This document shows, piece after piece, positions 12,761 through 25,764 of a stretch of 64,000 nucleotides of DNA. Numbering within the stretch: the first letter of the stretch is position 1; each line of letters opens with the position of its first letter. The notes below the pieces were generated by a model that saw only the letters and a list, made by a program, of their open reading frames with translations, made no database searches and was not told the DNA's origin. The stretch comes from Azolla caroliniana (lineage: Eukaryota > Plantae > Polypodiophyta): contig JBHGNT010000003.1 of the NCBI GenBank assembly GCA_043228905.1, forward strand, positions 23,126,001 to 23,190,000, given 5' to 3'. A program made the position numbers and the translations under genes.

Positions 12761-14516
12761 ATGACCTCAATTCACATAGGTAATATGCACTCTCTTAACA
12801 AAGAAATTACTAACTTCCTTATATTGTCTATGCCTTCACTCGTAAGTTGGGTTATCCAACGAAGCTTCTTCTCAACCTCATTCTTCTTGGAAAAATTAAG
12901 CAACATGCAATATACAACTTACGGTACTTGCTCATAGCATGTGTTCTTACATGTTGAACTACTTTATGCATTATAACCTATTGTCTTTGTGAATCAATTC
13001 AATCATCTTATCATGTCATAATCTTACCGTCTCCTGAGAAAGATGTGTGAGAGCTTTGTTTTCACTCGTTGGCCTTCTACCCATGTATCCATGTTCCAGG
13101 TGACTTTTAGAAATTAAAACAAAAGCTTCTGAATTTTCTCTTAGAAACTGAACCAAGTGGAGCAAGTACCATGACCATGTCCACAATTATTTGTAGGTTT
13201 CAATGAACTACACCACTTTCAATAGGACTATAGGAAGAAGAAGCACCAATGATGTAATACCTTGATTGTACGAACGCTAAACATCCATTATTATGAAGAA
13301 AAGGAAAACTAGGAACAATCAAGCCTTTATGTGTGATCAAATAGAAAACACTAACCAAACATCGATAAGTTAGGAGGCATATATAGGTATTGTACAATCT
13401 TCCCCCATCAGTTTTCCCCATCAAATTTGTTTGGGGCGTCTATTGGCAAATAGTTACATAGTGTGAAAAGGCCAGAAACATAATTGCTACAGGAGATGGG
13501 ACTTAAATATAAAGAGGCCAAAATGTGATGAAAGGAACCCGACATGTTATCATTCTTAAATGGCCTTTTTCCTATTCCTCCTTTTCTTTCCAATGGAATT
13601 CTTTCCCATTCATATTCTTATCCATATAGGCTTCTCATCTTCATTTACAGCCCCTCTCTGATCCTCCTCCATTTCTTATATATTTTCATAACATGATTGA
13701 CTTAGTTCATTTCCATTATGATCTATTTCATTTTATTTGTAATCCAAATTTCGTCTCTGTATTTCTCTTCTTTGCAGCTATGCTGTAGCTTTTTTTACGA
13801 GATAATTCAGTTGAGTTTTGATTTACAAATGATCTCGTCTTTATAATTAATTCTCAAGGGAATTACTTGATCAACTCAAATGATTTCGTTTATGAAAGGG
13901 GATTACAAACTTTACTTCACAAATTTATCTACTTCTATTATTTGGAAAGAAATTCCAACACTTTCTCTCTGTATGCTTGATCAATTCAAATGATTACATT
14001 GACAATGTGAGAGTACAAGCTCTATTTGAACATTTTTCAAATGGAAAATAATATCCAAATGCTGCAAAGCTGAGACTAGTTGCAGCTCCACTCCACTTCC
14101 ATAAATCTTGAGGAAAAATATATAAATTTTGCAGCATTTTGCGCTGAGCTTATCTATCAGACACCTACTGCTCAACAGATAACAATGAGTTTAAGGATAT
14201 AAAATCAAAACCGGATTCGAGAGATAATATAAAACACAGAGTTGTCTGACTCGCAAAACAGAAATTAGGGCCGGTGAAACCAAGAGGCTAAACGGAACAC
14301 TTGCTTCTAGGCCATGTGGAAACTTTATTATACTCTAAAGAATTAAATGTAAGGATCATATCGCTAAGTTAAGAGTTATATAACGTGTTCTAATTTCTAA
14401 CAATTCCTTATTATTGTAGACAAATTGGCTTTAGGTATTAAAGACCTAAGGAGTTTATGCGAGACTACGGAACATCCCATATGTTCGGATTCCCTATAGC
14501 CCTTTATCACTTATTA

Positions 14517-15720
14517 TGAGACAAAGATTGTTTTGCACGATACATGACAAAACTTTTAACATGGAAAACTCTCGAGGAGCTAAAAACCACAGGACCTAGT
14601 CCAGAAATAATTCACGGTCAACGTTAAAATTTGTACAATAAAGTTGTGATCTAAATAAATTAGGGTACAGCTATATAAAGATGAAAGTAAAATTTCCTCT
14701 AAAATCTTAAACCCAACTAACGAGACACAAAAACAGCACCAACGACTCACAATATGTGGTCAGTGACGGAAGTGGTGATGTCCAAAATGTGAACATTTAA
14801 TCAATTTACTCATAAGCATTGATGGGGAAGGCCAAGAAAAAGAGTATGAGTTCTCCAAAAGTCCTATTCTATTCTACAATATAAGTCTTCCAAAATTTCC
14901 CCCTTTCTCACTTTTACAACATATAATAATGAGCCTTTTCACAATGTACTAAAATAATGACATTTGCGCATCTAGGGCTCATCCACACACCCAACTAGTG
15001 TGACTCGAAATGCTAATAATATCCCTCCCCCTATGGCCACATAAGGACAAGATTTCGTTCAACAACTCAATTCGCATCCAATCCAACAACCTTTGGATAT
15101 AGCTCAAGCTTCTCTTTATGGACCACTTTTGTCAACATGTTAGCAACATTATCATCCATGTGAATTTTCTTCAGTTTTAATAGTTGGTCTTCAATTGTCG
15201 AGTGTAGCCAATGATACATCATATCAATATGTTTCATGTGGGAATGGTATGTATCAAGTTCCTGCTCAAATCTATTGCACTTTAACTATCACAAAACATC
15301 ACATAAGCTGCTAGTTGATGCAAACCCATTTACGAAATAAACATTTTCATCCAAAGCATTTCTTTGCCAACTTTAGTCGTTGCAATATATTTTGTTTCTA
15401 TAGTAGACAAAGCAACACACTTTTGCAACTTAGACTACTCTAATATGGCTTCCCTTGCACAAGTAAGCAAGAACGCGGAAGTAAATTTTGTCCCAACTAG
15501 ATCCCCTATTACATCTGCATCTGAACATCCTTCAAGAATTGGTTTAGAACCTCCAAAATATAAACCTAGTCTAGATTTACCTTTAAATATCGAAAAACCA
15601 TTTTACAGCACCCCAATGGAGCTTGCCATGATTGGAGAGATATCTACTTACAACACTAACGACATGCACAATATGTTGTCTTCTACTAAACATAGCATAT
15701 CTGGTCTTGTATTAAATGGT
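14517..15720 (-). mobile_element. 3' part of a copia element: 3' LTR 14517-15018, PPT and RT/RNase H remnant
   Basis: PPT GGGGGAGGGAT next to the LTR; minus strand gives TRPDML, VALSTIETKY, KHIDMMYHW, NVANMLTKV. Confidence 0.85.
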
Positions 15721-16572
15721 TCCCCTAATACAAATTTTAGAGCCGTGTGTGGAAATTTCCTTCTTGCCTAGAGAATCTTTAAGCATTCCCTTTACTCAAT
15801 AAAATAATATGCAACTTATAATTGTGGAACTTTTCGTACACTTGTTGATTATGTATTGGTGGTAGGCTAACCATATCTAAATTTCCACATGAGTCATCTT
15901 AATTTGGAGAAAGAAAAGAAAATGTTATCCAATCCTAGGTAAATCAATTTAATGTGCATGTGTTACATGCTATTGTTTTCAACTTTAGGATTCTCCAAAA
16001 GTGATTTTCTAAAGTCACATTTAGATTTCAACCAGTGGGTCATCATGACCCATTTCGAAAAGCCAAATTCTTGAAATCATCAAATCTCTCATTTCTAATG
16101 TTTGATTTTCACACAATGTTTTACATGATGTTTTGTCTTGGAGAGACATAGGGGATGTACATAAATACTTGAAAGGTGATGTAGAGAACAAACAATAAAG
16201 AAACCATAAATTCAGTGCAATCAATATTGTAGCGTGCTTTAGTGCAATTACAACATCAAGTCAAAACAACATTGCTTGAGATCATTTAAGAATCCAATCT
16301 TTTGTGGACGCTCTATTTGTCTTCACATATGTTGGTACCAGTGTTGCCTTTTGACGGCCAACATTGCCTGTCATGAGAACGGTATTCCAAAATTTTTGCC
16401 CGTCAAATTGACGGTTTACCAAAAAAAATGCCCTTCAAAAAGTAAATACATCGAATATTTGTACGAAACAATATATTATACCCTTCTATCCTTTGCATCT
16501 TTCCAAATTTCATATACATGATCCCATTGTATCTCTTCAATGTGTGGCCCATTCAATGAGACTTGCATTAAA

Positions 16573-16980
16573 TCATCTAAATGCTCTATATTCAATCGAT
16601 TTCTTTTCATCTCTTTGATGAGATTTTGCCAATGAGACTTGCATTAAATCATCTAAATGCTCTATATTCAATCGATTTCTTTTCATCTCTTTGATGAGAT
16701 TTTGCTTAGAAAACCCTCTCTCACACGAAACTGTGCTAGACGGAATAACCAAAGTAGCTTGCCATAATTTCATCAAATGAGGGAAACTATCTTGCCAATC
16801 CTTCATTTTGCAAAACATACGCCAAGCTTCATGCATAGTATAGCCTTCACAATTTAAACGTAAAGTGTCAACAAACCTATAGAGTTCCATTTCACAAGCC
16901 TTTGCATCATGTAAAATTTGAGGACATGCATTGACATCAACATTTGGTTGTAAGTGAGAAATCAAAATTCCCAACCATGT
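16573..16980 (-). pseudogene. hAT transposase C-terminal dimerisation-domain remnant
   Basis: IPSSTVSCERGFSKQNLIKEMKRNRL matches the hATC motif; a ~76-bp tandem duplication at about 16554-16706 scrambles the end. Confidence 0.9.
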
Positions 16981-17629
16981 CTTTGCTTTACTTTTGCCCT
17001 TAAAGAGGAGAGCAATACTAGTTTTTATGGACTAGTAAAAGAATTTGGTGGTATATCTAGTAAAAGCCATTGTAAATTTTCGTAGAGGGAAATATATAGG
17101 GTAAGTTGGACTTCGTCTAGATGCAGAATGCCAACCTAGACACACCACAACATAATGTTACTACGTAGCATGTTTTTCCAATAAAACATGTACGAGACAA
17201 TGATGCCATAAATGCAAGGATAAGTCCAAAGATTAATTGGTTTGGTATTTAACACTATACAATAAAGTTAGATATGCAAGCCATATCCTATAGAGTTTTT
17301 GCTTTGGTCCTAGAGGAGTTCGCGACATGTTAACATGTTAACATCAACTGGCAACATGAACTAACATGATGAAACATGATTTTATTATTATTAACTAGCC
17401 TCGCCGATGCATCCGCCACTCCATACACGATTCTATGTGCACATATGTATATGTGACACCTCGAAATATATGCATAGATATCTATCTATCAACCTAACCT
17501 ACACTTAGATGATGATGTATGGACATACACATATACATATATTATACAAGATGCATGTTGATGTATGTCTCGATGCATCAATGGGTGAGGACCTTGGCAA
17601 TTTACTACTCCTCTGAGCTTCGATTGTAG

Positions 17630-18100
<471 letters not shown>

Positions 18101-20068
18101 GCTTCATATTTAGGTTTGGACTTTCTATGATGGTGTAGGTTGCATGCATGAAATTAGAGTTTTTTGTGTCTGGTTTTTCTTGCGGACTAAATGTATCCTG
18201 TTAGTTTTTCTAAGTATTCAATTACTAGTGTTCTTTGCATTCCAGAGAGAGAGAGAGAGAGAGAGAGCTACCTTAGATGGGTGAGTAGGACTGCTGCAGG
18301 TGTTGCTGAAAGCCTGAATCTATGAGTAGACTGTAGCAGGAAACGAGCAACAAGCTTCGAGTAGGGATAGTTATTAGTGAGCACTGAGTTGCGAGCTTCC
18401 AGCAAGGTGCAGGGCTGAGGGAGCAACGAAGAAACATGGGAAAAGGGGAGAAATGGGGGGAGATGGGGGAAAATGGGGGAAAGGGAAAGGAAGGTTTTAG
18501 ATGGGGAAACGGGGCGGGGGAATTGGGAAGAAAAGATTCATAATTTAGAGTCTAGACTCTATTAGTTTTTTTACCTTTTCGTTACACACATATGTGAGTC
18601 TTTCAAATTCATACACTCCCAATGCAACTTGAACAATTTGTTCCTACTACCTAGGACTATAATACTATTGTATTGGTCTTAGTAAAATTTGACGGTATTA
18701 GGAAATTTTAAGCCTTCATTTTTACGTTTTCATAAAACATATGCCCGTCAAGATTGACGGTTTCATTTTTAAATTAACCTTCATATACGGTTAAATTTGC
18801 CAAAAACGTTCAAAACGGCCGTCAAAAGGCAACACTGGTTGGTACCAAATTCTTGGATGTGTGCTTGATCTTATTTTATTATTCTAGAGACATTTTCATT
18901 AAGGGAATCTTGTATGCATACTTAGCTTTTCTCTTTAGTAAATTAGTGCATATAGAGAGATTCGAACTTTAGTGCATATGCGTGTGCATTTGTATATAAA
19001 GCTATTTTCTTTGTCTTTCAATAAACTACAACATAGAGTGAGATATGAACTTGAGCGCCTATTTATCTATGCGTTGATTCTATTGGTCAAGGTTACATAT
19101 ACATTGTGCACGGACTTAAGATCTTTATATCACAAACCATGGAGAAGTAATTGATTCTTATTTGCTTCATCAACAAACGTATAAGTGGTTGCTCTTTGCG
19201 CTAATAATAACGAACTCCACATATACAAAGCCTCCTCATGATTCTAGTTGGGAGACATTGTATGTCCTTCAACAGGTGTGCGTATTTTAATCCATTTCTT
19301 CATTTGTCCCATAATTAAAACTTTTTGTTTGTATGTCAATAAAAATGCCAATTCGGAAGATTCGCATCGTGCACCATTTCTTAACATATTCAAAAATGTA
19401 ACAAAGTTATTATTTACATGTTTAGCTATAAGAGACCTAATTAAGCACCCAAATTTCTCGACTATTTATTCATCTCCTCTTTTAGAAGATTGCTTGTTGA
19501 ATTCTAGATCATTGAGGTAGTCCATTAATCATATATTGTTGAAATGGATGAGAAGTTCTTGTCTAACAAAATTTTCACATGAGGTAGCTATTTCCAAATT
19601 AGCAAGCAATTTTTGTATTCTAAATTTTCTTAATGCTATCCAATTTAGCAATAACTTTTGTTGCTTCTTTGATAGTCTTAAATTTTCTTTTAAGATGTGT
19701 TGGCATGACACTATTATCTAGAGTTTCACAATGAAAGGCATTCCCTGATTTTAAGCATGTGTTTATATGAAGCTCTATAATATGTTGAATGGTGATAGGT
19801 AAAGTCTTCCGGTGAATCAACTTCTACGTCATCTTGAGCATCACATGCAAATGTATGGGCAAAACTATCTGATTCCATTGTTTAAACCATGTTGCATATC
19901 ATAAACTCTTTCATACAGCTTCTTGAAGGTTGCTCTGTAGCTCATTCTTTAACTTGTTGATGTGAAATTCTCTCCTTGTTTCTAAATGTGATGACACCCA
20001 AGTTTTAATCATCTATTCCCTCACATCTTTGTTGATGTCACAAAATGGAGAAAGGATATAACCCCACC

Positions 20069-23044
20069 CTAATGTTGCCCTTTAAATAACCCTATTGAAT
20101 CGAGAAGGCTCGATCTTTGGTTCTGGTCGGGTATGCCCACACCTTGCAAATCGAGTCGTCGATGAATCTGATGTGCCATTGGGCTATAGATGTCTGAATG
20201 AACAAAATCGAGCGGGCTTGATTCTCTGGGTGTTGTTATCGGGTGTGAGACCGCGATTTGCTTGCCATAGTGGCAATGCTCGCAGAATTGTTTGTCGGTG
20301 AAGGAGAGTTTGGGGATGTATCCGGCTTTGGATAAGTGCATGATGCCAGCCTTAAAGAGGTGTCTGAGTCATCCATGCCACAATAATGACAAGGGAATGT
20401 CAACCAGAAACAAATCACCCTTTCTGAGTGTGACATATACTAAATACAATGAACGTACTTTCGGACCTCGAGCAAGCAAGAGGGTCCCCTCCTGTGGAGC
20501 GTCCACCCTCCTATGAGAAGCTAGCACGGATGTTGTCTTCATCAAGTTTTCTGACTAAGATCAACAATCGTGAGAGCTCAGGTGTCGGACATTGTGTAGT
20601 ACTAGTGTAGAGCCACTTGGAAGGTTTAGCTCTACAATGTCGATTCCTATTATAGCGCAATGCTCAAATTTCCAACTCGGACTGAGTCGGAATCTCGAGC
20701 CGAATATTGCTGAAATTGGGATAAATGAGGGGTCACGTGGTAGGATGCACCCGAATCTAAGAGCCATCTGCTCGATTCCTAAGTCGTAATCAAAACTTCC
20801 GATTTGATTGAGTGTTCTATGAATAAGATGTTAGGGTCATCCGTCAATACTTCGGCTGAAGAGTCGATACAGAACAACCTCCTCATGCCGGCCACTCTTC
20901 TAATAAGCTCAATGAGTTTTATAATTTTTTGTTTTGAGGGTGTCGCAATCAGCCTTGATATGACCGGATTTCTTGCAATAGTTGCAGGTTTAATTATCCT
21001 AGGACTTGTTCCGGTTTCGTTGATTTGTCGGCGATCGGGAAGAACTTTTTCCTCGATTGTTTGATCTGTCAGTCGAACCTTGTACTACGTAGGCAAACTA
21101 TTTCCTCTAAGTTGCTTCAATCTGGATTTAGGTCGTGACTTCAAAGTACTTTATGACGACAATTGATGCATTGCATACAATTGTGATGAAAGTTCCCCAC
21201 GAAGGGGGAAGAGTTTTTATTAGCAGCATAACTTCTAGTTTGTCTTCAAATCTTGTCCCCTAAGCCGAAATTTGGGAGCTTGGCCTTTCGTACTCATTGA
21301 GATGTGCTTGGACCGAGTTGGATTCTTTCATTGAAAGGTTTTAGAGTCATCGTATCAGATATATCTTTGTCAGAGTAGACTAGTCTCTTCCACATTTGGA
21401 AGGCAGTCGAACACAATTGCACTATGAAGTACACTTACTCCGACAAGTGCATCTGAATGATGACACGAACAATTATGTCTAGCTTTGTCCACTCATTCAG
21501 CATGTATCCTTCTTGAGTGTTTTCAGTCTCGATTGGGTCTATTTGACCCTTCACTATCATGTACTCCTACATTTACTCCTTCCAAAAATTGAAGTTCGAC
21601 TTGTCGAACTTCCTTAGACTCTTCTTCAATGAGCCGAATGTGGGTGCCATCTATGTCAACTTTGGGAGGATTTGTTCAAAGTTGGCTACGAACACTGGCT
21701 GGGTGCAACTGATTGGCTCACCCGAATTCGTTCTAACCGAGTTTGACCACAAGCTGAATAAACTTCGACTATCGGTGGGTTCGCCTTAGAGTGACTACAG
21801 CCGATTGGCCTAGTTGAATTGGACCTAAATTAACCAATTGATTCGTCGATTGCATTTAGGATGGAAATTGGGTACTAAACTTGCTTGGAGTGGCTAAGGC
21901 GATTGGAGGGGCTAGCCGAGTTGAGCATAGTTAACTGTTGATTGCCGATTTCACGAGCCAATCACAAATTATATGTTGTTTTATTGATCTCCAGGCCAAT
22001 CCTGCTTCAGGTGGCTACAACGATGAGAGGAACAAATTTGACTGGTCTTTCCAAATGTTGTCTATCTGAATGAAGCATGGATGCGGGTTGTTACTCGGGC
22101 CACATCTACTCTGGATAGTTACAACAAGCAAATGAGCAACACTCAATGTCCTGATCAATTTGTCTAGCCGAATAGAGCACGAGAGTGGCCGTTCAATTTG
22201 GAATCTCACTTTGAGCGGTTACAATCACAAAGACGAAGAGCGGTTGTTTGGCCTACTCTATAGGTGATTTAACACAATGAAATGCAGAACCGTGGTTGTT
22301 TCTTCTCAAGAAAAAATGATCTTGTAGAGAGTGGCTGGCCAAAAGATTTAAGTCGAACCAAAATCTCAGAATTGGTTCTATCAAGCAAATATAGTTAGAA
22401 GACCTTCAAGGGTTTCCTAGAAAAGAGATGTTGATGAAGAGAAGAAGATGGTTGACTGCAAAATCAAGAAACACCAGGCTCCGATACCAAACGTTGGAAC
22501 CAACAGTCAGGATGTGGAACAAACTCTGCACTCTTTGAGATAAAGATATTCAGTGAATACAAAGAAAAACATTGGTAACCCAAGACAATTGAATCATTAG
22601 ATAAGATCAACAAGAAAGATAGAGAAAAGAAGTACACCAAGGTAGGGACAAGAGTATGTAACTATATTATTCTCGAAGAGAGTTACAATGGCAACAACAA
22701 AAATGAACAACCTTAAAACTAGGTTACAAGAGTTAGTTTAGATACTAACTAACTTAGGGTAATTTCCTTTTCCACTGTCTACAGAAATTGCCTAAAGCTT
22801 GTGTGTCCAATGGGATAGTGTCAATACGACCATTATATACCCATATTCGACAATCCCGACTTGTCTCGGTTGAGTCTCGATTTGCCCCGACATAGTCCCG
22901 ACTTGTCCCAACCCTGTTTTTGGTTGTCCCAATTTGGGAGTATTGGAAGCTTTTCCTTGGATATAGTATAAATCCTCTTTTGTGTCCCAATCATGTTTTG
23001 TGTGTGTTTCAAGCCCCATCCTACGGATGCAAAAGACACACACA
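20069..23044 (-). mobile_element. 5' half of a different copia element (5' LTR from 22492, PBS, gag, PR, integrase N-terminus)
   Basis: PBS TGGTATCGGAGCC at 22489-22477; zinc knuckle CNYCKKSGHIKADC near 20960; FCEHCHYGKQ and LDFVHSD; outer LTR end approximate. Confidence 0.8.
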
Positions 23045-23302
23045 TTACTCGAGTGCATTATTTTCAAATACAAAGCACACCACAAGCAAAACGCTCTCAT
23101 TATTTAGTGAGGTCAACTTTAAGATGTTGAACCAAGGGGAAGTTTGAATGAAGTACCACGTTATGGTAGCTTATTGTGTGAAGCTTAGAAAGAAAGAAAA
23201 TATGGTACAAAAATCGACAAGTGACATCTTCATAAGGTACATATATTGGTGGTATTGAAGCCATTGTTAATGGGCTAACTTTTGGGCGGCCAAAAGCTCT
23301 TA

Positions 23303-25702
23303 CTACACTGTAGCTAGGACATTGCGTGCATGCGGCAGGCTTCCCATAAACCCAGAACTTCGTGCCCTTGACCACATTGTTGCTTGCTCAATGGCTTCCT
23401 TAAGTTCGTTGAGAAGGTAACTCACTCTTATGGATCGCAAAGTGTAGCCACTATTTTCCATGAGCTCAGAGTCGGGGTCGTTGTCGGACACGGGGTCAGA
23501 GACATCACCGATGGCCCAAGGCTCGGTTTTGAAGAGGTCGGAGGCCGACAAACTGAGGAAAGGTTTACTGATTTCGGTCTCCGCGAACAATGGGTTGAAG
23601 GTGCGATCATGATATGTCATGAGGGCGATTGCCAGCCCCACTACCGTCCGCTTCATGTACGGAAACATCCGCTTTTCAACTGATGTAACCGCCTCCAACT
23701 GTACCATCTCCTTCAGTCTGTTCACCATGTCCGGGGCTTTGATCCCGCCCACTTCCATCTCCTCCATGTCATTGGCCACTTCCCACAGAAGCCCCATGGC
23801 CGCCACATTTAGTTCCATCGGCACCTCCTCCATGTCCGCTTTAGGCGGCATTATTATCTTCATTGTCCTCATCATGCAGTTCCTCACAATTATGGTCCTG
23901 AATCGTAGATTTCTATACACACATAAGGTCCTCAGTACCGTCATAGCAATGTGCCCCAACCTTTTATCCGATATCTTCTCCATTATATCCTCCACCTTAT
24001 TTTCCATTAGAAGGGCATGGTGCATGCTCGTCTGCGCCAACAAACACAAAGCTTTGCCAGCCCTCCGACTGGTTGCACAATCATCCAACGTGCCTTGGAG
24101 GAAGATGCCCAGGAGCCACTGGACCAGTTCAGACATCCTCTCCGTCTTCTCCTTAGCTAGATCCTCGTTGGCCAACATATGGAGGAGCTGCAGACATAGC
24201 TTCACCTGCAGGATGATGCGGTCCTGCTTCTGGTCGTGGCGCAGCATGTTCTCGATATCTCTGATGTAGTAGAAGAGGCAGGTCTCCAGGAGCTTCACAG
24301 TGTGGATGCAGTACCTGGTGAGAGGATCTCTGATGAGATACTTGAGAATCTTTAGGGCGACGATCCGAATGTCGATGTTATCCTTGTTGGCGTTGGAGAT
24401 GAAAAGCCTGGTGACGCGGTCGATTGAGCCGGATATGGAGATCACCCTGATGCTGTGTGGGTTAGACTTGACGATCTTGCGCAAGAGATCGGCCGCAAAC
24501 TGTCGGATGAGATTGGACTGATCGTCGTTCCAAGTCACCATCTCCAGAAGCCTCTCAACAGCCCCTTGCTTCATCCCAATGCTGCGGAGGGTGTTATCCA
24601 CTCCGCCCGAGTCGACTTGCGTTCTCTTAGAGTAGGTCACCAGCACACTCAGCCCACCCAGCTGCTCGTCGGCTTGATCCGACTGCAGCCATGAGAGAGC
24701 ATAGTCCACCATGTCCATCTTCAGACTCCCGTAGATGCTCTGGCTCAGGCATGTGCTATAGACCTGGTAGAAGAAGCTCCGGGTCATGGGTAGGTCTTCT
24801 GGTTTGAGCCCCAAGCTTTTGTTCACTCGCTCCAACACATGCATGTAATAGATGTTGATCTCCCAGTACATCCTCTGGATCAAGAACACGAGCGCCTCCG
24901 TTATCGCGAGGCTGTAGAAGATGAAGAGCGCAGACCGGTGGTTGATCTGTGTCCCATCTTCCTTCTCCTTGGGCAATGTGAACCGACGCACGCATAGACG
25001 GATGATAGACATCGCAAGAGTGGCGAGTGCCGCCAGAACCTGCACCAACTCCAACAGTAGAAGAACGTTGGAAGCCCTAATCTCAAGCCAAGGGAGGATG
25101 GGAAACCTCAAATTATCCCATTTCCTCATCTTCGACTGGCGGAGTCCCCAATTAGTTCTCCAAGTATCCTTTCCATGGCTTGCTCCATGGCTTGTAGCAG
25201 TTGAATGAGGAGAAAGATCCGGACGAGAGAAACAGCCCAAGTTCAAGAACTTGGCCGTTCTCTGGATGAGGCTGCCTGAACAGTCATTCTTGTCCTGATG
25301 CTGCAATTCTAGCTGGTGGCTCCGACTGAAGATCCGCGCGCCTTCGATCACGAGGATAGCCGTGACAAACCAGAAGTCGTTCTCTTTCATCGTGGTCGCG
25401 AAACCACCGAGGAGGACGACAGTGGCCCAAATGAACGTGAGCGTGCCGACCATGATTCCGAGCTTTTCGAGAACAGCGAGCCGCAAGGCGAAGGTGTTGA
25501 GCTTGTTCTCATGGTCAGGGTCAGGTTCGGGATCGGATAGAACAGCAGGATTAGATGGTGTAGCCAGATTGAATGGGGCACTTAGGGAAGAGGAGGGATT
25601 ATTGGCATGGATGCTAATGGAATGATCACCGGAAGAGGTTGCTGCCCCTCTTCCGTTAAAATCCTCACTACTAATCTCATTCCGTGTAGCCATTGTGAGC
25701 AT
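23303..25702 (-). CDS. BLE2-like protein: N-terminal transmembrane region plus ARM-repeat region, 799 aa, single exon
   Basis: LNTFALRLAVLEK..GTLTFIWATVVLLGGFA..DFWFVTAILVIEGARIFSRSHQLE is the conserved N-terminus of the rice BLE2-like plant ARM family; uninterrupted 2.4-kb ORF. Confidence 0.9.
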   Translation of the reverse strand: MLTMATRNEISSEDFNGRGAATSSGDHSISIHANNPSSSLSAPFNLATPSNPAVLSDPEPDPDHENKLNTFALRLAVLEKLGIMVGTLTFIWATVVLLGGFATTMKENDFWFVTAILVIEGARIFSRSHQLELQHQDKNDCSGSLIQRTAKFLNLGCFSRPDLSPHSTATSHGASHGKDTWRTNWGLRQSKMRKWDNLRFPILPWLEIRASNVLLLLELVQVLAALATLAMSIIRLCVRRFTLPKEKEDGTQINHRSALFIFYSLAITEALVFLIQRMYWEINIYYMHVLERVNKSLGLKPEDLPMTRSFFYQVYSTCLSQSIYGSLKMDMVDYALSWLQSDQADEQLGGLSVLVTYSKRTQVDSGGVDNTLRSIGMKQGAVERLLEMVTWNDDQSNLIRQFAADLLRKIVKSNPHSIRVISISGSIDRVTRLFISNANKDNIDIRIVALKILKYLIRDPLTRYCIHTVKLLETCLFYYIRDIENMLRHDQKQDRIILQVKLCLQLLHMLANEDLAKEKTERMSELVQWLLGIFLQGTLDDCATSRRAGKALCLLAQTSMHHALLMENKVEDIMEKISDKRLGHIAMTVLRTLCVYRNLRFRTIIVRNCMMRTMKIIMPPKADMEEVPMELNVAAMGLLWEVANDMEEMEVGGIKAPDMVNRLKEMVQLEAVTSVEKRMFPYMKRTVVGLAIALMTYHDRTFNPLFAETEISKPFLSLSASDLFKTEPWAIGDVSDPVSDNDPDSELMENSGYTLRSIRVSYLLNELKEAIEQATMWSRARSSGFMGSLPHARNVLATV

Positions 25703-25764
25703 ATTATGAATATACAGACAGTCAAAGTCCCCAGTTATTTATACATGTATTTGGACTAGAGTCA

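Larger units (their letters stand above)
8206..15018. repeat. Duplicated block, copy 1 (paired with 40938-47112)
   Basis: Colinear homology from TAGGGCTTGGTATTAG to the end of the shared LTR, covering the SABATH gene, its promoter, an RT relic and the LTR. Confidence 0.95.

Noticed and set aside
23384-25625. Several plus-strand ORFs overlapping the BLE2-like gene
   Set aside because: Antisense shadows of a long coding sequence with no recognisable motifs; the same applies to ORFs antisense to gag and pol at 57389-63968
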